A program made the position numbers and the translations under genes. The notes under the pieces were generated by a model. The model saw nothing but the letters and a program-made list of their open reading frames with translations. It ran no database searches and was not told the DNA's origin. A stretch of DNA of 64,000 bases from the NCBI GenBank assembly GCA_907165135.1, contig OU015570.1, forward strand, positions 1,178,001-1,242,000. The letters run 5' to 3'. Positions within the stretch are counted from its first letter, which is position 1. The number at the start of each line of letters is the position of its first letter. Positions 22,122 through 31,571 of this stretch are shown here, piece after piece. Source of the DNA: Oikopleura dioica. Taxonomy: Eukaryota; Animalia; Chordata.

Positions 22122-25100
22122 GTTTCTCCGGAAGCGTTTTCGCGTTTCTCTTCTGGACCTGTTAAGCCCTTTTTTCTTTTGAGCGTCAGTTCTTTCTTTG
22201 ACGACTCCTTGGCCCCCTTCGAACTCGACCCGACGGTTTTGCACCGCGAGCCTATTCGAGGACTCGTTTTGGATTTTTGATCCTGTCTCCTTTTTACCGG
22301 CGGAAGGCCGCCTGCGAAGGCTGACCTTGCCGGTGAGTCTTCGGTTTCGGAGTCGGATGTATCGGGCGAATCGACGGGGTATGACACCGTGGAATCGGAA
22401 AATTCGTCGAAGCAGGCAACCCTTTCTGACAGTCTTCGAGCCATCCAAGGCTGGCCCCTGTTGTCTTTCAAGACCAGCGAAGGCTGAGATCCAAGATTAA
22501 CTCTTTCCAGCTCCGCCCAGATTTCGTGACTAGCGAAAGAGTCAACGACCTCCAACAAGGACTTGTCCAGATGTTGAAGTGACAAGTTCCTTAGAATTTC
22601 CAAATAGTGCCTCGAGTGTCTGCTCGTGATCGCTCTTGGCTGCGTTTCCGCTGAAGAAGAAGCCCCGTCCCCGAAAACAATTCGCATTCTCATCGGGAAC
22701 AAGGGTCTCTCCCCATCAGAAGAGTCTGAGTCTGACGGGATTTCCGAAGGATATTTCGTATTTCCCTTCTTTTGTCGAAAGGTTTCTTCTGTTGTTTAAA
22801 CGGGGGCTTTCGCTCGACGAGCTGGTGCCTTCTTGGGTTTGTTTCGAGTCCCGTTTCTGAGGGACGGGAACAACTGGTCCTTTAGCGGCTCTTCTCCTCG
22901 CTGCCCTTTCTTGACGAGTCTTGACCTCCGCTTCGAGGGCCAGTCTGTCAGGGTTAGCGTCCATGGTTCTTTCGCTGTTTAAAAACCAGATGGGGCCTCG
23001 GGGAGAGACGCTCGCGCGTCTCTTCCCTCGTCCGTTGTCCTCGTCGGCGACTGAGCTCTCGAAGAAGCCCTTGAAGTGGATGTCGATGACGCCAAGGATG
23101 GAATAGGCGTTGGGTGAAAAACGTCGTACTCAGCAATTCTTTCTCGTCCGTGCAGCAAAAACTCGTTTTTGACGTGAAAGTAAGGGTTCATTTCGGGAAC
23201 AACTGGGTGTTCAGATCTCACTGGTTGGAGTTTGTGACGATCTTCGGGGTTTTTAGCGAAAGATCGAGTACAGAAGATGTCATTCCAGTACTCGAAAGAC
23301 ATTCGGTACTTCTCTTTGTCGGCTCTCGTCGGAAAAGTTTTAACCCAAATTTCCCACCAGGCTTTCGCAAGCTCTGGTGTGATATTTGGGTCTTTTCTTA
23401 AGTTTCGGAGGATCGACGAATCAATGTCCGAGAACCATATGAAATCGTGTTCAACCGCTCTGATCCTTGCCGCAATCTGACCCAATCTTCTTTCCAAAGA
23501 AGTAGTCAAAACCGTTATGACAAAGTACTCTTCCTTCATTGGTGCCCAGGTTGTTTTGGGTTTTGCAGCATAGCTAAAATCGAGGTTCTCGACCTCTACG
23601 AGGTGGAGTCCCTCGCGGGCCCTCCACTCGATTAGAAACGCCGCGAAATCGGCTGCTCTTTCCTCCCTGTCAGCCTCGGTACTTCTTGATCTCGCCGCGG
23701 GGTTCCAGGACGCTGGGCCCCAAAGATTTTCTGGTAAGAGGCCCTTGAAGCTCTCGTCATGGCAAGCAGCTCTGAAGATTGTGCTCCAAGCATACGTGCC
23801 AGGTCTCGGTGGAGAAGGGAACTGATCATCCTCTTTAATTTGAGGATGAAGAAACGTGGTCATTTTGTTGCCGACCCACTTCTCGTAGTAGCCCAAGACC
23901 TTATCCTTCATTTTTTGTGTTAAAATAGCCACTTTTGACGGTGGCGAAGAGGCTTCAGGAGACTTTGCCAGGTGTTTCTTAGCAAAGTCCACGTATGCTG
24001 GACTTACAAGAATGGCAATCTTCAAAGTGGGAAAGTCGCGCTCGATTTCTCGAATCAGGGTAAACTCGGGGAACTGGTATTGTTTTCCTTGCGGCGGGAG
24101 ATGCATCTTGGCATTGAAACGCTTCTTGATATCCGCCAAATCGAAGTTAGGAGGACGGCACAAAGTGTTCTTCACGTATTCCTTGGAGATCCCGTTTCTA
24201 GCTGTGGTGAAATGACATCTATCATTTATGTTAACCACCGTAAACGGATCTTCTTCCCAAACTCTCGAGTAGCCTTCTGTTTTATGCAGGATGAAGAAAA
24301 GACAAGGAGTTGTCACTTGAGAGAACCTCGCGGTTCTCCAAGGCAACTCCCCGTCGAGCTTATCGTAGTTGTCGTTGATGTAACGAAGAGCGTTGAGCGT
24401 CTTGTCACTTTCAGCGACCATTCGGCCTTCCCACGTAAACTTTCCACCCGTTGCGAATTTCAAAGACAAGAGCTTCGCGTGGTAGATCGGCATAACACCT
24501 TCTCCCGTCTTTTTCCTGAAGGAGTTGACGATCTCAAGCATGAGTCGGGCGCGCAGCTTTGGAGTCGCCGTGACCCGTGGTCGAGGCGCTGGGAGTCTTT
24601 CGTTGGCCATTTCAACACCTTGTCCGTCGATGCGCGGGACTAGGGTTGTCAACGGTGAAAACGATTCGCGCATTGCTGCTTCCGAGTCCGCTCTCAAATG
24701 AAAGAAACATGCTGGTGCTACTCCGCATGATTTCTCGTTGCATCCGATAAACGCACAGGCATCCGGATCTTTTTCGAGCTTGGTGACATCCAACAGCGGG
24801 CCTGAGACTTTTTCGTTTTTCACCAATGATCGTTTAGGCTCGACATCTTTGTGCCATTTGTAATGGCTCATGTCTGGATCGTCAGGGGAGACTAAATCAG
24901 TGCCGAACCAATTCATATATCGGTCAACCATTTCGATCATTGAAACCCGCGAGGATTTAATGATGAATTGGGATAAGTTGTGGCCGATGAGGGTTTGCTT
25001 TTTCGTTTTTAATGCCTTGGGGAGAACGAAGACTTTGACCTGAGTCCTCTCTTCTATCTCAATCTCATGAGCTTGGGCTTTGACGACTTTTTCGATGAAT

Positions 25101-26404
25101 TTGTCCCAAGCCTTGACGACCGGCACCAGATTTCCTCTCCAATTCTTCTCGATTTCTGCTTCGAGGTTCCGCAGACTTTTCAGGGTCTTTTCCTCCTCAT
25201 GTCCAGATTTTGCTATTACTCTCGCGAGTTTTAGCAAATATCTGACTTGATCGGGGTTCGTGACCTTTTCCGGGAGAAGCATATACTGGATCGGCTCTGT
25301 GGCGTAAATCAGCCAGAACGAAAGGTCTCCGATGTCGTTCAGCATTTTTCGAGTGTTTGGGAGGATCTTGAGATCATCGTATCTCGGGATATAGGGAGGG
25401 TTAAACCAGTCCATTAAATTGGCACAAGCAAAGGCCGTTGAGGGTGTAGTTCCTTCGTTGAATTGCTTTGCCCACTCGTAAGCCCATTGTACACCAATCC
25501 GGATGATGTGGCTTAAACTTATCCAGAAAGCTTCGAATCCCCAGCTGAGATCGAAAGCTTCAGCAAAAACCGAAATTTCTGCTCTGACTTGCTCTGCTCC
25601 TTTGTCGAAGTCAACAGGGTCGTTCGTGCGGCTCGCGAGAGCCACAGCGAACTCATTGATGTTATCGAATCCCCCGAAGCCAACTCCGATCTTTCGCCAG
25701 AGAAGGGCCGCCGTTTCTCTGTAGAAGTCGAGTTCTACCTTTTGAGTCGGGAATTTTTCTTTAACAGTATTGGCTATATCATTTAGCTCTCGCGAGCTAA
25801 TGACAGTCAATATGTTGATGGCGACTGATCCGGCTGGTTGAGAGGAAGGTTGAAAGGAGATCCATTCTTTCACTGCTTTTTCCACGGTATCTAGACTAGC
25901 AAACTCCGAAACGACTTGAGGGGCGACGGATCTTTTTCCGCTCCTTTTGATGTTAAATAAAGGGGCCGTGGCGTTCGCTACCATCATTTTTGTTGGGTCC
26001 TTCTTGGCATCTTCTCCCTGAAGGGCCAGCAGTTGTGCAATCTTGAGGTCCCAGACCTTTTCCGTTTCAGGCTTATCGGGGACGAAAAAGAGATCTCTCG
26101 CGAGATCTTCTTTTTCTCCCAGCTTTTCCGTCGAGTAAACAAGTCCATCAGAATGAGCAGGTAATGACCACAGTGGCTTCCTGTTAAGAGCGAGTGCCGG
26201 AGCTGCAAAGGACAACCAGCTAATCGCATGCGACGCCAGTTCGACTGAGCTAAAACACAACGTCATCAAGGGAATGAGAATTTGTTTGAAATGGGCCATG
26301 TTGTTTTCTATCGGAAATTCCCCCCTTTGAAGGATTATCGCGCCGGTTATGGGAACAGCGGCGGGTGGTTCGAACTCTTTCCCTTTTTCTAAAGTGTGAA
26401 TCAT
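22118..26404 (-). CDS. ORF-A, unknown giant protein (1141 aa uninterrupted, ~1430 aa if three -1 shifts are corrected)
   Basis: 3.4-kb open frame 22979-26404. A protein-like -1 frame from ~23115 (YSILGVIDIHFKGFFE) runs into ORF 22716-22964, then into 22118-22702. Confidence 0.8.
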
Positions 26405-26507
26405 TTTCAGGCGATATAAGCTCGCGCTTATTCGCCTGAACCTTCATTCGGGCCAACCGAAAAAGAAAAAAGTTTTCTAAATTAAGCCTCTTTTCTTTAC
26501 CCCAACA

Positions 26508-26927
26508 ATGTCTTTTTCCGACCATCGTCCCGAGACCGAGAGAGAACGTCGTGACCGAGAGACTAATGAGCTCAAGGAGTTCTTGAAACTCAGCCACTGG
26601 CTCCTAGCCGAGGTAAATCAGGTCTTAAAGCTGAAGGACTAGTTTTAAATTTATATATTCTATCAAGAAAAAATCTCAAATCAATCTTGATAGGGTCCCC
26701 GCCTCCGCCGAGGGGAGATCACCGAGGAAAGCCTTCGCCCTTTGGCTCATCAAGTCAATCATGCTATGTGGGATGCCGAGAAGACCATCAACTGCCGATA
26801 CTGGCGCGATGTCTACAACACCCGTCCCAAGACCGACTCTCTACGACAGCTTCTGGATGAGGTCCTGATCATGAAAGCCCGCATCAAAAAACCCATTCGC
26901 ACCGTTCTCGATAGCGCGTGCATGTAA
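26508..26927 (+). CDS. Small two-exon gene antisense to the element (~112 aa)
   Basis: ATG at 26508, donor GAG|GTAAAT at 26613, acceptor TTGATAG at 26693, in-frame exon 2 to TAA at 26927, AATAAA ~50 nt downstream. Confidence 0.6.
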
Positions 26928-27073
26928 ATCTACTGTATCTTTATAATTTCGGACTAAGTTCAAATTTCCCGCTGCAATAAAGCGTGTAATCGGCCATTTA
27001 TCAATCAACTTCTATGTGGGGGAAAACAGCTTTCGCAAGCTGCTATCCCCTTCTAGAACACTTGTTTTGTCAT

Positions 27074-27555
27074 TTAGTAAAGAGGTAAAAAGACTCGGAG
27101 ACTGAGCCTTCGGATCGATTCGATTGAAAAGGGCGAATTTTCTCTAGAACCGTTGTTTTGGTTAAATCTAAAGCCGTTCCGAACTGACCGATGTATCCTT
27201 CGGGAGGGAATAAGGGGTCTAAAACACCCTTTTTTCGAGCAGAAAAACCCAAAAAGAGTCATAAAGCTCACCTGATCGATGTCGAGACTAGGCAGAGCGC
27301 AATTCTTCCATCTGAGGCATCCAGACGAAGCGGTGTCCAGTTGTTTTGGGCGAATAACCACGAGGAACCGGCAAATTCGCGTTTTTGAGGGTTGAACGCC
27401 GGGCCGTCGCCGCTAAGCTGCGAAGCAAAGTCGACGACGTAAAAGGACGTCAGCGGGTTTATTTGCCATCTATTGATGCAAACCGCCCCCCATAATTCGG
27501 ACTCTTCCCTGAGCCAGTCGCACGTGTCACTTCGTTCCGGTATAAGCTCTCTCAT
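27074..27555 (-). CDS. ORF-0, two-exon gene (~142 aa), unknown
   Basis: Exon 27555-27272, 53-nt intron GTGAG...TTTTAG (27271-27219), exon 27218-27074; total 429 nt, in frame. Confidence 0.6.
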
Positions 27556-27630
27556 CGGAAAAATTGCATACAGTCTAAAAAACTGAAGTAAAATATCCGC
27601 AACATCTAAAATAAGATAAAGAGTGCAGGA

Positions 27631-27925
27631 AAAAAGTCATATAAATCCGCTCTAGCGCAGGGGAACCGATATTCGCCGCTCACCGCTCAAGATTGTGCGT
27701 GCGAACGCACCAATCGGGCGGGGGCTGGCTTGTTATGAAAATCGGTCCTCGCGCGAGCAGGATTTTTAGCGACTGAGGTGTTTTTCAAATTCCTGTCGCA
27801 CGACGCAGGATCCTCAGGGCGTTCTAGAGAAGCCGTGCGTATTTTGAACTTCACGCTCCCACGAGCGGGCCTGCAGGTCCTGAGTCTTTCCGACCAGGAA
27901 TTTTCATGATAAAGGATAGGTCTCA
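27631..27925. repeat. Terminal direct repeat (5' copy in element orientation), 295 bp
   Basis: Identical by eye to 12620-12914. Confidence 0.95.
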
Positions 27926-28374
27926 GTATTTATGAAATAAGTAAATTAGTTTAAGTAATAAATAATAAGCTATTTCTGAAAATTAGTTAATTAAAGAGAA
28001 AAAGAGCTCTTTCAATGCTGAGCTAGGCTAGCGGACAAACAGCGCCGCTACGCGGCCCCCGCGCTGTTACGTAATCGCCGCGCCACTGATTTTTGTTTTT
28101 CTCTCGAGACAGTTTTTTGCATTTTTCTCGGTTTTTTCGTCTTACGCGGTTGAATTTTTTTGCAGAAATGGATTTTTCACATGAAAATACAGTACTTTCC
28201 ACTTGAAAAAATTTATTTTTGTATCCTATAGAGGAGTTACAGAAAAGTGCCTAAAATCCAGGTACCCACTTACGAAAATCCTTTTTTTGGGTCCTATATG
28301 AATCAGAATTCTCCGCTCTACAAGATACCCTTGGTTTTCCCTGGCGACGTCGCAATCGCGATTTAATTTTTTGT

Positions 28375-28951
28375 ATGCCATCCCTAGGCATTGCCAACTC
28401 CTTCACCACAGCTCGAAACTCCCAGAGTAACGGCGCGGTTGAAACCAAAAACAAAAGAATTCAAGAAAGATTGCAGACTCTGACCGGTTCGGGACAGATA
28501 CCCCTCCATTTGACGCTCTCAGACTTGGACACGATTTTTGCGCTGGTGCAATTCAAAATGAATAACACTGTACCAAAAGAGGGCCTAGCAGCTGCAAAAG
28601 TAGTCATGGGACACTACCCAAGGACCGGGATTCGACTTCCACCAAAGTTCAACGCGTCGAGCAATAATGATTATTTTAAACTACTCAATATAGTTAGAGT
28701 TAGAACGCGTGCGAAGAATTATTTGGGAAAAATTGGACGCGGACGATCCCAAAGAACTGGATTCATACAAAGCGTCCCGCATAAAGAAAGGAGATATTGT
28801 TCAAGTTCGAATGGCGGCAAAGCCAGGAGTCCCAAAAAGGGGGCAACAAAAATGGTCGACAGAGACATTTAGGGTTGAAGAAATTCACCCTGAGCACAAT
28901 CTCGCTACGATTCGCGAGAGAGGAGACAAAAAAGACGGTATGGAAGAATGA
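28375..28951 (+). pseudogene. LTR-retrotransposon integrase C-terminal fragment
   Basis: SQSNGAVETKNK (catalytic E region), NNT, KKGDIVQV...KW; frameshifted. Confidence 0.75.
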
Positions 28952-29085
28952 AGAGGGCCGTGGATCAGCTCAGATTGTTGCGGACCTGGATGAGCTGGTA
29001 GAGAAGTTTGAAGGCAGCGGACAAGCCAATAGGAAGGACACTGTTCACATAAATTGTGCTTCTAACTACCTTTGGGCTGCCGCCC

Positions 29086-29455
29086 GGGGGGGAGGAATGA
29101 TGGGGTTATTATTAAGTTTAAAACAGAAATGATACTAGAACTATTCATGCGAAATTGAAAGAATTCGAATTTTCAAAAAGAAGAGACAGTTCTCAGAAGA
29201 AAAACAAGCTGTTTGAATCCAGAGGGCAAAAGCAAGACTGTGACCAAGATGACAACAAAACATTAAATAAGGGAAGCAGCTGTGCATTATAAAAATGAAA
29301 AGAAGGCTGAAAGGATTAATAATGATTTATCTCGTTTAAATAACACACTGATGAGAAGCCTTTGATACACTGATCATTCGAACATGTGATTTGGAGCAAT
29401 AAAAGATCGGCAAGGTCACGAGGAGTCAAAAATATTTTTCTCAATTTTAACATCA
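29086..29455 (+). repeat. PPT plus probable 3' LTR of that fragment (right end uncertain)
   Basis: GGGGGGGAGGAA then TG at 29098; AATAAA at ~29397; TGATG...CATCA as a possible end. Confidence 0.5.
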
Positions 29456-30086
29456 TATGGGTTCTATTGCATGAGTTTTTGTCCCTCATTGTCTCTGATC
29501 ATGATTCATGAAATCAGTAAAAGAAAATTTATCTAATCATTGATTAGATAATCATTGATTAGTAATCAATCGTAATGCATCAGAGCATAAAAAAATAAAA
29601 AATGATCAAAAAAATTGTATTTGACTGTAAAAATTTATGCTTTAGAAAAAAAGGTTTTTTTCAAAAAATAATAATCATAAAATTTTTGTTTTGAATTGCG
29701 TTCGAAAAATCTCAAATAAGTTTAGAATTTCGTGCTTTGCCCCTTCACTCGTATAAATGCTAATTTCAGTTTTAACCAGTTACAAATATGGTCTTTCGAC
29801 CCAAAACGTCGAGACATGATCAGCTGTGTCCCTCTCAGAATTTTTATCAGTTTTCCCTTTTTTTTGTTTTTCAAAAATCAATTAATAACTTCGAGAATAG
29901 TAACGCATTGATCGGGTGTTGATATAAGATTTTGGGCTTTTCTATCGATCAGTCCGATAATATTGATTTTTTCATAGAATACGTGACAAGAGCGCGACTC
30001 CCTTAGACATGAAATCAACAAACATTGAAGTGAAAAAAGTTTAAAAAAATTTTCAGTGGGTGTCGAACTCAAGGTCCTTATTTGAC

Positions 30087-31571
30087 CAGGGGTCTGGATT
30101 CGCTTTGCGAATTCGCTCATGAGCGAAGCGAAGCGAAGCGAAGCGAAGCGAATTCGCTTCGCTTCGCTTTCGCTTTTTGTTATTCCAATTCGCTTCGCTT
30201 CGCTTTCGCTTTTTACCAAAAATTTTCGCGAAAATTTCGCTCAAAAGTAATCTTTCCAAGAATTGAAAATTTATCCTTTTTTATTTAGCTTTAGCTTAAA
30301 CTCGAGTGGAAATTTTGCTGAATGAGCTAAATTGGCACTTTTGAAAGCTGACCTGAGAAAAGTTTTACTGTTTTCAAAGTAGCCAATTTTGTGAGCTGCG
30401 CTGAGCTGAGCTGTCCTTCACAAATAATCATTGAGCTGAGCTGACTCTTCAAATTCATTCAGTTAATTTGAGCTAGGCAGTCAATATTATAAAATGATTG
30501 ACCTGAGCTGAGCCACACAGCCTCCTCAGCTCACAAACCTCGGAAAATTTGCAATTTGAAAAATCGGAGAGGGAGTCCGAATGGAGTGGTCTTCATTTTC
30601 TTGAGTCGCTGTTTGCCCAAGATCTCTGTTTGCCCAACATGAGGAATCGGCGAATTGGACAAACGGCGATGTATTATAATTTAAATCGATTGATCTTATG
30701 ACTACATATATTGGCCTCCCCACAATCAATCCTGACATCACCATTTTCAATCCCGGCTTCAAAAACTTCGATCCTTGCTTCTCAGACATCGATCCAGGTT
30801 GTCATATAAATCATCATATCAACCTTGGCATCAACCAGCATCAATCCCGGCTTCTTTAACACCGATCCGGGCGTCACCATTTTCAATCCTAGCCTCTCAG
30901 ACGTCAATTCCGGCTTCTCACTTGTCGATCATGGCTTTTTCAAGTTTGGATTGACAATGTCAATTTGACATTGGAGAAGCCGGGATCGACATTGGAAAAG
31001 CCATGAATGGCCCATGATTGAAGTCGGTAAAAACAGAATTGAAGATGTTGAAACCAGACTTGACGATAAATAAGCCATCATTGATAAAATATGGATGATG
31101 TTGAAGAATACATGATTGAAGTATGTGAAGCCAGGATTGGCATTGATGAAGCCAGGATTGACGTTGGAGAAGCCAAACAATGTTTAATTTTCAATCTATA
31201 TAATTTTTTTCACATCGCCGTTTGCCCAAGATCTCTGTTTTCCAAAGTAAGGTAAACGACGATTTTGGGAAACGGCGACTTGGGTAAACGGCGACGCAGG
31301 CAAACTGAGACCATCGTCCGAATGTCCGAAAAACTAATTAAAATGAAATCATACATGAAATGGGCACTTTTTCAAAGGTTATATATTCCTAGAAAATTTT
31401 CGCTTTTTTTCGCTTTTTAGGAAAATTTTTCGCTTCGCTTCGCTTCGCTTCGCTTCGCTTTCGCTCACGAAATTTTGATTCGCTTCGCTTCGCTTTCGCT
31501 TAAAATTTTTGAAAAATTTTCGCTTTCGCTTCGCTTTCGCTTTTCATTCTTGGCCAAAATCCAGACCCCTG
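30087..31571. mobile_element. hAT-like MITE with (GCGAA)n/(TTCGC)n subterminal arrays, containing nested insertions
   Basis: TIR CAGGGGTCTGGATT / AATCCAGACCCCTG; ATTTGAC duplicated on both sides (7 bp match, not the usual 8). Confidence 0.75.
30583..31315. mobile_element. MITE with GG start and 8-bp TSD, nested in the previous element
   Basis: TSD GTCCGAAT at 30575-30582 and 31316-31323; degenerate TIR; internal inverted arrays of AATCCCGGCTTC-like units. Confidence 0.7.

Larger units (their letters stand above)
12620..27925 (-). mobile_element. Giant tyrosine-recombinase retrotransposon (DIRS order, PAT-like domain set), 15.3 kb
   Basis: RT, RNase H, Dam-like MT and YR on the minus strand between two 295-bp direct repeats; no TSD seen; about nine additional ORFs. 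Confidence 0.9.

Noticed and set aside
16156-25786. Plus-strand ORFs overlapping the YR-element genes (e.g. 16156-16590, 23972-24643)
   Set aside because: Antisense shadows of GC-rich coding sequence; no motifs or splice context.
29878-30288. ORFs with SEAKR / FASLR repeats
   Set aside because: Translations of the (GCGAA)n microsatellite in a MITE end.
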